Source: a virus (taxonomy: Duplodnaviria > Caudoviricetes). Taken from it: a stretch of DNA of 38,152 nt. Positions 1 to 7,348 of the stretch are shown in pieces (the stretch's first letter is position 1; every line of letters starts with the position of its first letter). The position numbers and the translations under genes were made by a program. Location: IMG/VR virus record IMGVR_UViG_3300012894_000014, positions 1 through 38,152 of that record; one strand, given 5' to 3'. Under the pieces are notes generated by a model. That model ran no database searches. It saw only the letters and a list, made by a program, of their open reading frames with translations, and had not been told where the DNA came from.

Positions 1-64
1 GCCGCACGCTTACGCAAGTACTTCGGGGCTAGCGGCTACTGACTAGCCGGCCGGCGCGGGCATG

Positions 65-93
65 AAAAAGCCCGCCGGGGCTACCAGCGGGCT
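65..93 (-). terminator. Intrinsic terminator downstream of the displaced tRNA 3' end
   Basis: AAAAAGCCCGCCGG-GGCTA-CCAGCGGGCT hairpin with an A-tract on the left (U-tract on the minus strand). Confidence 0.7.
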
Positions 94-109
94 ACTGCCA
101 AAATAGTTA

Positions 110-123
110 GCAGAGAAGGAGGG
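110..123. repeat. Attachment core, left copy (GCAGAGAAGGAGGG)
   Basis: Identical to 38030..38043, the 3' end of tRNA-Ser. Confidence 0.93.
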
Positions 124-234
124 TCAGGGAACCCGTCCCGTAAACGATTAATAATTAGCAGCTTGCTCGCCTTGCTGTTGGGTTTGTAACTGATTACGAC
201 ACCCGCTATGGTGCCAGACGGGCAACTGAGTAGC

Positions 235-696
235 CTAGCCCGCGGCGATTAACCGACCGGCCCGCGGGCCGGTCGGTACTAAGCCATGCAGGGCTGCTTC
301 CAGGCTACCCCCGAACTTTCCCAGTTCAGCGTTTAGGTAGGCAACCAACGCCTTGTATTTGGCTAGCTGCTGCGCCTGGGTATTTATCTTCTCGTTTTGC
401 TCCTCGATTTGCTCGCGCAGCACCACGTTTTCAAATTGAGCCAGGTTCTCAGCTTCTGGGGCATCGGCCGGGGCTACCCGGCGGGCGGGGCTTGCTGGGC
501 TCAGGAACACAGAAGCATCCGTGCCTAGTGCTTCGGCTAGTTTGCTCAGCGTAGCGCGCCGGGGGGCATCAATTTCATCGTTCTCTATGCGCGAAATCTG
601 TGGGCGGCTTACGCCCGACTTTTCGGCTAGCTCGTCCTGCGTCATACTTTTCGCCTCTCGCATGGCAGTAAGTTGCTGACCTAGTGTCTTTTCCAT
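235..696 (-). CDS. XRE-family HTH repressor (CI-like) with C-terminal coiled coil
   Basis: LTAMREAKSMTQDELAEKSGVSRPQISRIEN is a classic HTH_3 pattern; divergent from the early lytic genes. Confidence 0.9.
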   Translation of the reverse strand: MEKTLGQQLTAMREAKSMTQDELAEKSGVSRPQISRIENDEIDAPRRATLSKLAEALGTDASVFLSPASPARRVAPADAPEAENLAQFENVVLREQIEEQNEKINTQAQQLAKYKALVAYLNAELGKFGGSLEAALHGLVPTGPRAGRLIAAG

Positions 697-724
697 AACA
701 GTGAAAAAATAGTGAGCAATTAAG

Positions 725-755
725 TTTGTAAAGCTTGTACGCCTTTGTATCTTTG
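725..755 (+). promoter_or_regulatory. Bacteroidota housekeeping-type rightward promoter, overlapped by TTGTA repeats
   Basis: TTTG (725-728), 19 nt, then TATCTTTG (748-755); matches the -33/-7 consensus. Confidence 0.75.
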
Positions 756-846
756 GTGAATCTTTTAGCGTTCTAAGGCCGTGCGCCTTTGCCTTTTTAA
801 CTACAAGGCACTACAAAGGTTGCAAAGAAATATTTATTCTACCACT

Positions 847-1140
847 ATGCCTCACACAAAAAAAATAGCGCCAGCTACGCCGCAGCCCTCTTACGAGGCT
901 GAAATGAGCGCTTTGCGAGAAAGGCTAGCCGGCCGGCCGTACGCAAAAGATATTCACAATTTGCTCCCAGAGTGCTCAAAAAGCCACATTCGTAACGTTA
1001 TGAATGGCCGTTGTAGCAATCCGCTCGTGCTGGCAGCGCTCAAAATAGTTGTGCGAAAACTGGACTCCAGTGCTGAGCAGGCAAAAAATCGGTTATCAGA
1101 ATTAGAGATGCAGCTCGAAGATTTAGGGCTCGCAGTGTAG
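847..1140 (+). CDS. Cro-like small DNA-binding protein
   Basis: Divergent from the repressor; HTH-like segment YAKDIHNLLPECSKSHIRNVMNG; ATG 847 preferred to the upstream GTG. Confidence 0.65.
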   Translation: MPHTKKIAPATPQPSYEAEMSALRERLAGRPYAKDIHNLLPECSKSHIRNVMNGRCSNPLVLAALKIVVRKLDSSAEQAKNRLSELEMQLEDLGLAV

Positions 1141-1162
1141 GGCTGAAAAAATTTTGCCCGCC

Positions 1163-1200
1163 TTTGCATCATTTGTACGCTTTTGTAGTATAGATTTGCA
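1163..1200 (+). promoter_or_regulatory. Second early promoter/operator
   Basis: TAGATTTG (-7 box, 1191-1198); TTGTACGCTTTTGTA is 14/15 identical to 735-749. Confidence 0.6.
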
Positions 1201-1234
1201 AAAGATTCAAAACGCACAAAACGCACCCACTTCC

Positions 1235-1726
1235 ATGCACCTCGACGACTTCACCACCGCCGCCCTGGCCCTGCTGGCTGCCGCTGGCAAAACTGATTTT
1301 GAAGTAGAAGCCCAGACTTCGCGCAAGCGCAGCGGCGCCTACCAGTTCTGGCTCACCACCTGGGACCCATCCGCCGAGCGCAACCCGCTCGACTGCCACT
1401 TCAGCCTCGACTACGGCGACACGGCTGATGAGGTGCTGGGGTTGCTAGCCGCCCGGCTGCACGTGGCTTATCCGCTTTTGCCTGTGGTATTCGCCACGCA
1501 GCAGCAGAAAGAGGATTTGCAGCGCCTCTACAACAGCTTCTATTGCAAGCGCTGGGAAAAGACCAAGATGCTGCTCAACCTCGACCGCTACACCCAGGCC
1601 CAGGCCGCCGAGATGCTAGCCGATGGGTCGCTTTCCTTCCGGCAGGAGCTGCGGCGGCGCGAAGCTGCCAGCCGAGGCATGGCCGTGGTGGGCTCGGCCG
1701 AGATGGTCCAACCCCCTGCCGCCTAG
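1235..1726 (+). CDS. Hypothetical early protein
   Basis: ORF with host-like GC3 bias from ATG 1235. Confidence 0.75.
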   Translation: MHLDDFTTAALALLAAAGKTDFEVEAQTSRKRSGAYQFWLTTWDPSAERNPLDCHFSLDYGDTADEVLGLLAARLHVAYPLLPVVFATQQQKEDLQRLYNSFYCKRWEKTKMLLNLDRYTQAQAAEMLADGSLSFRQELRRREAASRGMAVVGSAEMVQPPAA

Positions 1727-1758
1727 TCTTCCCCTCTCACGTCTTCGCTGCCCGCCCC

Positions 1759-2034
1759 ATGCTGTCTTTCGCCTCAATTCCGGCCCCTGTCGTGGGCTTA
1801 GCCGCCGAACAGCTGCTAGCCAGCGGCCGGGAGTGCGCTATGCACCGCGCCGCCGCCCGCCTTATTCTCAAAAGCCTCTGCCAAGAACGCTTGGCGTGGG
1901 CGTGGCGATGGGCACTCAAACGAGCGAATGTCTTGAATGACTATATGCCGGCCGGCTTCGCCCTGCCGCTTGATGCCTGCGACGAACTAAGCGACCGGCA
2001 CCATAAGGCCAGCCCAGTCTACCACTTCCACTAG
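1759..2034 (+). CDS. Hypothetical protein
   Basis: ATG 1759 after a pyrimidine-rich leader; fits the operon packing. Confidence 0.6.
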   Translation: MLSFASIPAPVVGLAAEQLLASGRECAMHRAAARLILKSLCQERLAWAWRWALKRANVLNDYMPAGFALPLDACDELSDRHHKASPVYHFH

Positions 2035-2081
2035 TCTCTTTCCTCCCACCTCTCTACTGGCCTGCGTAGCCGCCTAGCCCC

Positions 2082-2174
2082 ATGAATAACCTCTTACTGC
2101 GGGGCGTGCGCAATGCCTTGCTCATCGAAGCCGCTGCGGTGGTGCTCATCATCGGCTACCGCTACTTCCACTAA
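2082..2174 (+). CDS. 30-aa single-pass membrane peptide (MNNLLLRGVRNALLIEAAAVVLIIGYRYFH)
   Basis: Read directly; below the ORF track cutoff; hydrophobic core. Confidence 0.5.
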   Translation: MNNLLLRGVRNALLIEAAAVVLIIGYRYFH

Positions 2175-2272
2175 CCCACTCACTTCCTGGATTATGCAAC
2201 CGCCTTAAGCCGTGGCTCGCCGCCGCATTGCCAATTCCACCTCAACCGCCTACGGGCAAACTCACAAAAATC

Positions 2273-2869
2273 ATGACAGCTTCTTTCGTTCCTGCAAACT
2301 ACGTAGCGCCCACCTCAACCGGCGGCGGCAATTTCACCAAGCTCGCCGATGGCGATAACAGCTTGCGCATCCTCAGCGAGCAGCCACTTATTGGCTTCGT
2401 GTACTGGGGCGCCGATGGCAAGCCCAAGCGCTCGCTCCAGCACCCTGGCCAACCCGCTGACATTCGCACCGGCCAGGACGGCAAGCCCGAGAAGGTAAAA
2501 GAATTCTGGGCTATGGCCATCTACAACATCGGCACTAAGCAAGTCGAGCTGTGGGAGGTAACACAGGCCCAAATCCGTGATGCCATCATCGGCCTGTCAA
2601 ATGACTCTGAGTGGGGGCACCCTAGCCAGTACAGCCTCAAAATCAAGAAGTCGGGCAAGGGCCTCGAAACCAAATACGCCGTGATGCCGGGCAAGCCGGG
2701 GCCGCTGCCTGCTGACATTCAAGCGGTAGTCGATGCAAGCCCCGTGAACCTGATGGCCCTCATCGACGGCGGCAACCCCTTCGACACGCAGCCAAAGCCG
2801 GGCGCCGCGCCCACGCCTGAGCAGGCCAAGAACCTGGCGCCAGTAGACGATAACGACCTGCCTTTCTAA
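2273..2869 (+). CDS. Phage single-stranded DNA-binding protein (gp32-like candidate)
   Basis: Acidic C-terminal tail DDNDLPF; F.KL.DG.N..RIL start and I.KSG.GL.TKY motif; located in the replication module. Confidence 0.75.
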   Translation: MTASFVPANYVAPTSTGGGNFTKLADGDNSLRILSEQPLIGFVYWGADGKPKRSLQHPGQPADIRTGQDGKPEKVKEFWAMAIYNIGTKQVELWEVTQAQIRDAIIGLSNDSEWGHPSQYSLKIKKSGKGLETKYAVMPGKPGPLPADIQAVVDASPVNLMALIDGGNPFDTQPKPGAAPTPEQAKNLAPVDDNDLPF

Positions 2870-2872
2870 CCC

Positions 2873-3148
2873 ATGAGCGCCAGCGAGTTCGCCGCCTGGG
2901 TGCTGCTGCACTTCGACCAAGACGTGTGGCTGACCGAAGCCACGCTTCAGCGGCGGCTCGCTGGCCTCAAAAACTGCCGGCTGACCGCGCCGGCCCTGCT
3001 GACCGCCCTACTACGCGCGGGCTGGCTTACGGCCCACCCGACGCACCCAGCTACCTACTGCCTGGCTAGCGTGTGCTGGCTGTCGGAAAAACCAAAAGCC
3101 GCTAAGGATACGACCCCTAGCGGCTCTCAATCAATTGCCCATTCATAA
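2873..3148 (+). CDS. Hypothetical protein (possible winged helix)
   Basis: Tightly packed ORF; helical pattern ending LLRAGWL. Confidence 0.6.
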   Translation: MSASEFAAWVLLHFDQDVWLTEATLQRRLAGLKNCRLTAPALLTALLRAGWLTAHPTHPATYCLASVCWLSEKPKAAKDTTPSGSQSIAHS

Positions 3149-3166
3149 TTCAGAGCTCACAAAGTT

Positions 3167-3841
3167 ATGACTACTCAGGACAAAGACAAGCTTATCGCTA
3201 AGCTTCAAGAAGCTACCTCAGAAAATGAGGCCGGGCGGCACGGTGTAGCCAATATGTTAATACAGGATGCTCGCGCCATTCTTTACAGCCAGCCCGCGCC
3301 CGCCAGCGACGAGGTGCTGGCTGAGGATTACAATACCCGACCAGGTGGTGGCGGGCTGGGTGATGTTCCCACTTTTAGCGCAGTAGCCAAGGCCGTAAGT
3401 TATTTGTATATCCAACTGCCTGAACAAGTTGCTGATGATGTAAACGCAAAATTTAATGCGTTCATCGGCGCCGTGGTTACCGAGCGCACCGCCCTGCTGG
3501 CCCGCGTGTGGCAGGCCGAGGCACATAATAAGCAGCTAGTGGATGCTTGCGCCACTGTCGGCAACCATTATAGTGAGCTGATAGCAGAAGCACCGAAGTG
3601 GATAGCGGCTGAGGAAGGGTTGCCGGAGCGAGACTTGCCGGTATTATTCTGTATTGAATCAGGTGCCAAGAAGGTTGGTGCTTATACACTTGTGCGTTAC
3701 TCCGCAACATTTCACGGGCCGCCATTAGAACGCTGGGAATGGGAAGTGAATAGCGAAGAAGGGTATGAGCCTGAGAGTGTAACCCACTGGCAACCACTAC
3801 CCGCTGCCCCAACGGTGAAAGGAGGCCAGCCCAATGCTTAG
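3167..3841 (+). CDS. DUF551-like (Eaa-type) domain protein
   Basis: C-terminal WI..EE.LP ... VTHWQPLPAAP signature. Confidence 0.75.
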   Translation: MTTQDKDKLIAKLQEATSENEAGRHGVANMLIQDARAILYSQPAPASDEVLAEDYNTRPGGGGLGDVPTFSAVAKAVSYLYIQLPEQVADDVNAKFNAFIGAVVTERTALLARVWQAEAHNKQLVDACATVGNHYSELIAEAPKWIAAEEGLPERDLPVLFCIESGAKKVGAYTLVRYSATFHGPPLERWEWEVNSEEGYEPESVTHWQPLPAAPTVKGGQPNA

Positions 3842-4037
3842 CCCCGCCGTTCGCACCGCTGCCCAGCCCCAGCCTACCCGCCAACTCAGTGCCGCCGCGC
3901 GGTGGGTGCTGACCCGCCTGCTGGCCATCCTAGCCCTTGCCATCCTCGGCACGGCCCTCTGGCCCGACGGGCAGACGCGGCCCCTTTCCTACTGTCAACC
4001 GGAGCCCGCTCCTACAGCAGCTACCTATGCTTTCTGA
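3834..4037 (+). CDS. Small membrane protein
   Basis: One hydrophobic helix LLAILALAILGTALW; overlaps both neighbours. Confidence 0.6.
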   Translation: MLSPAVRTAAQPQPTRQLSAAARWVLTRLLAILALAILGTALWPDGQTRPLSYCQPEPAPTAATYAF

Positions 4038-4656
4038 TTTCACCGTCGTAGACCTCGAAACCACTGGCCTCGACCCTTTCACCGGCCGCATCACCGAGAT
4101 TGCTGCCCGCCGCTACCGCAATGGCAAGCTGGCTGGCGCGCTGGCAGTGCTGGTGAAAAGCGACGTAGCGCCCGAGCCCGATGCCGTAAAGCTGAACGGC
4201 CTGACCGCCGACACGCTGGACCGCCACGGGCTGCCTGAAGCCGAGTGCCTGAGCAAGCTCATGCTGCTGCTTGGTAGCTCGGTGTTGGTGGCCCACAATG
4301 CAGCCTTTGAAGTGAGCTGGCTGCACCAGGCTAGCCAGCGAGCGCTGGGCGTAGACTTTACCAATAGCTTCCTCTGCACCAAGACACTGGCCGTGGAGCT
4401 GACGCCTGGCCTGCGCAGCTATGCGCTGGGCAAGCTGACCGAGCACTATGGCATTCAATGGACGGGTGCCGCTCACCGGGCTATGCCCGACGTGGTGGCG
4501 ACCAAGGCGCTGCTCGACCTCTTTCTAACCCGGCCCGATGTGCCTGCCGTGTGCGAGCGCCTGCTCAACTGCTGCGGCGCTAACCGGGCCGGCCAGGGCG
4601 CGCACTACCCGCTGCCGGCGGGGCTGCCTGATTATGTGAAGGAGGTGAAGCAATGA
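4027..4656 (+). CDS. DEDDh 3'-5' exonuclease (DnaQ/epsilon-like)
   Basis: VVDLETTG, VAHNAAFE and AHRAMPD Exo I/II/III motifs. Confidence 0.92.
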   Translation: MLSDFTVVDLETTGLDPFTGRITEIAARRYRNGKLAGALAVLVKSDVAPEPDAVKLNGLTADTLDRHGLPEAECLSKLMLLLGSSVLVAHNAAFEVSWLHQASQRALGVDFTNSFLCTKTLAVELTPGLRSYALGKLTEHYGIQWTGAAHRAMPDVVATKALLDLFLTRPDVPAVCERLLNCCGANRAGQGAHYPLPAGLPDYVKEVKQ

Positions 4657-5315
4657 AGATGCACCAACTACCGCTTTTCGGGGCAGAAATCGCTTTGCCG
4701 GTACGCCGCGTAAGCATGGCCCCAAGCACCTGCACCTCGCTACAGGCGCGCGTTGCGCGTGAAGGTGGCGGACCAGCTTCTAGCCGTATGCAGGGTGCAG
4801 CCCCTGGCTACCCTATTGAGCATTACTATCAGGCGGTTCCTGGCTTGATGGTATCGGTGCTTTTCCCACATAAACTACCGCACTGGCCGGAGGGTGAGCG
4901 CGTGCTAACCCGCATTAGCCGAAGCCAAACCGATGGTACGCTGGCCTTTACTATAGGCGGGTACGAATACCGTCTAAGCGACTTGCCAGCGGTGCCGCTG
5001 GCCTACCCAAAGGGCCTGGGCTTTCGGCCCGGTGGCTGGGCGCTATTGGTGGCTGGTGACCTGGTTCGAGTGCAGCCTGATTCTGGCAAGCCTTTCGAGG
5101 GTACACTACTCGACACTCTTTGGATGCGTCCTGACCGTGATGAGCTAAAGCTGCGCGTTTGCACATGGCCAGACATCAGCCGCTTCGTTGTCAAAAGGGT
5201 AGCTATCGGCAATATCTACCGGATGCCTGGGGTGCTGGAAAACTTCGCCGATGAGCACGTGATGGCTCAAACATGGCTGGCTCGTCAAGTAGGAAAGGAG
5301 GTGGCCAGTGTCTAG
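4653..5315 (+). CDS. Hypothetical protein
   Basis: ATGA overlap with the exonuclease gene; upstream AAGGAGGTG. Confidence 0.7.
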   Translation: MKMHQLPLFGAEIALPVRRVSMAPSTCTSLQARVAREGGGPASSRMQGAAPGYPIEHYYQAVPGLMVSVLFPHKLPHWPEGERVLTRISRSQTDGTLAFTIGGYEYRLSDLPAVPLAYPKGLGFRPGGWALLVAGDLVRVQPDSGKPFEGTLLDTLWMRPDRDELKLRVCTWPDISRFVVKRVAIGNIYRMPGVLENFADEHVMAQTWLARQVGKEVASV

Positions 5316-5538
5316 CATTCAACTCCGCCCCTACCAAACCCAGGCCATCGCCGAGCTGCGCACGGCCCTCGCCCAGCCACATACTGCTGAAACTAAGGCC
5401 AAGATGAGTGCAGCGCGCAAAGGCCAGCCCTTTACCGCTGAGCATTGCGCCAACCTTAGTGCAGCCAATATGGGTAACAAGAATCGGCTCGGCACAGGCA
5501 GTAAGTCCCTAACCTTAAATCAATTGAATTTATGGTAA
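5308..5538 (+). pseudogene. Chimeric remnant: helicase Q-motif N-terminus fused to NUMOD3 repeats of a homing endonuclease
   Basis: IQLRPYQTQAIAELRTALAQ followed by HTAETKAKMSAARKG..FTAEHCANLSAANMGNKN; no nuclease domain. Confidence 0.7.
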
Positions 5539-7052
5539 AGGCCCCACCGCCCCGCGATTACCAGCTGCAAGCAGCCAATGAAATCCGCGAAGCCTTCAAA
5601 GCTGGCAGCAAATCAGTGCTAGCCGTGCTGCCGACTGGCATGGGCAAAACCACTGTTTTTGCACTCATTGCGCAACTTGCTGTAGCAGCTGGCAGCCGCG
5701 CCTACTTTGTAGCCCACCGCACTGAGCTGGTAGCTCAAGGTCGTGAGCGGGCGGAGCTTTTTGGTCTTTCGGTAGGAGAGATTAGTGCGCAGGCCTGGAA
5801 GCATCACGGCAGGCCAGTGCAAGCAGCTATGCTGCTCACGCTCATTAATCGCCTGCCTGAGCTAAAGCCGCATGAGGCTTTCGGGCCGCGTACCCTCGTC
5901 TTTATTGATGAGGCACACCGGGCAGTAAGCGCCAGTTATGCCAAGATTATTGAAGCTGCCAAAGCAGCTGGTGCACGCATTATCGGCCTTACGGCTACCC
6001 CGTGGCGGACCGATAAAAAGCCGATGGGCTTGCAATTCGACAGCATGGTGGCGCCCATTGGTATTAGCGAAGCAATTGAGCGCGGCTTTCTGCTACGGCC
6101 TAAATACTATGCTCCACAGGCCGATGTCGATAATATCAAAATGAAGGGTAATGATTACGACACGGATGATATGTTTCGGCGTTTTAATAAACGCGCGCTT
6201 TATTCTGGTGTCGTTACTAATTACCGAAACTTCGGAGAAAATCGGCCATGCGTTTGTTATTGCATTAATGTCGAGCATAGCGAAAAAACTGCACAGGCTT
6301 TCCAGGAAGAAGGTATTAGTGCCGTGCATGTGGATGGCGAAACGCCTCCCGGCTTGCGCAAGCAAATACTGCTTGATTTTAAGGCTGGTAAATACCAAGT
6401 ATTATGCAATGCCGATTTATTTACAGAAGGACTTGATGTTCCATCTATAGGTGTTTGCATTATAAATCGCAAAACCGCTAGCCTAGCGCTCTACATTCAA
6501 ATGGTAGGGCGCGGGGCCCGGCCTATCGCAGGGCAAACCGAGGCCAATGACGAGGCCCGCGTGGCAGCTATTGCGGCCAGCCACAAACCCAACTTCGTGG
6601 TGCTGGACATGGGCCAGAACCTCAAGACGCACGGCTTTTGGGAGGATGAGCGTGAGTACACGCTGGAAGCGCCTGAGAAGAAACGCAAAGGCCTGACCGT
6701 CGGCACGGTGCCCGTGAAGTCGTGCCCCAGCTGCGGCGAGATGCAGCACGCCGGCCGCCGGTCCTGCCAGGGCTGCGGCTACGAGTGGCCTGATGAGCGG
6801 GGTAAGACCGAAGAGGCGGTTTTCGTGGAAATCACGCGCGTGGGGGGCTTGAGCTTCTTGCCGCCTACGGTGAAGAAGCGCCAGCGGTTCAAGGCCTTGC
6901 CGCCCGAGCTGGAGACTGTGAGCCCCTGGCAGTGGAGCCAGGAGCAGTGGGTGCAGGTTCGCCGGCTCTGCTCTTACAAACCAGGTTGGGAGAGTCATCA
7001 ACTTGAATACAAGGTCAACTACCTAGGGCAAGGAAAGGAGGTGGCGGCGTGA
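5532..7052 (+). CDS. SF2 DEAH-box helicase (RadD/UvsW-like) with C-terminal Zn finger
   Basis: LPTGMGKT, FIDEAH, GLTATP, EGLDVP, QMVGRGARP and CPSC..CQGC motifs. Confidence 0.95.
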   Translation: MVKAPPPRDYQLQAANEIREAFKAGSKSVLAVLPTGMGKTTVFALIAQLAVAAGSRAYFVAHRTELVAQGRERAELFGLSVGEISAQAWKHHGRPVQAAMLLTLINRLPELKPHEAFGPRTLVFIDEAHRAVSASYAKIIEAAKAAGARIIGLTATPWRTDKKPMGLQFDSMVAPIGISEAIERGFLLRPKYYAPQADVDNIKMKGNDYDTDDMFRRFNKRALYSGVVTNYRNFGENRPCVCYCINVEHSEKTAQAFQEEGISAVHVDGETPPGLRKQILLDFKAGKYQVLCNADLFTEGLDVPSIGVCIINRKTASLALYIQMVGRGARPIAGQTEANDEARVAAIAASHKPNFVVLDMGQNLKTHGFWEDEREYTLEAPEKKRKGLTVGTVPVKSCPSCGEMQHAGRRSCQGCGYEWPDERGKTEEAVFVEITRVGGLSFLPPTVKKRQRFKALPPELETVSPWQWSQEQWVQVRRLCSYKPGWESHQLEYKVNYLGQGKEVAA

Positions 7053-7348
7053 GTCAGCTATCTCTTTTCGACGAAACCACGCCCCCGCTGCGCCTGACTT
7101 GGCAAAGCCTAGGTGCTGGCTGGGCCGTGGCGCTGATGGGTGCCTACAACCAGTCGCACTTCTGGGGTACGCCCAACGGCTGGTATCAGACAGCCTGTGG
7201 CATGCTCAATAGCGGCGGGCCAGTGCTGAAGCTCAACGGCCAGAACGAATTCATTTCCCAACCTACCCCACCAGCTGACGCCTGCCCTGATTGTGCAAAG
7301 CGCTGGTTAGCGGCTGTAGCTGCGCTCCCCACCCATGTCCATGGTTAG
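7049..7348 (+). CDS. Hypothetical Cys/His-containing protein
   Basis: GTGA overlap; H..TACG..CPDC pattern. Confidence 0.65.
   Translation: MSQLSLFDETTPPLRLTWQSLGAGWAVALMGAYNQSHFWGTPNGWYQTACGMLNSGGPVLKLNGQNEFISQPTPPADACPDCAKRWLAAVAALPTHVHG

Noticed and set aside
781-846. Upstream extensions of ORF-track starts (also 1154, 1543, 3937, 10360, 16702, 20687, 34207, 34811)
   Set aside because: They run through promoters, terminators or upstream genes; downstream ATGs fit the operon packing better
235-1140. Toxin-antitoxin or ImmA/ImmR pair
   Set aside because: No toxin or HEXXH metalloprotease gene is adjacent; the layout fits a CI/Cro switch
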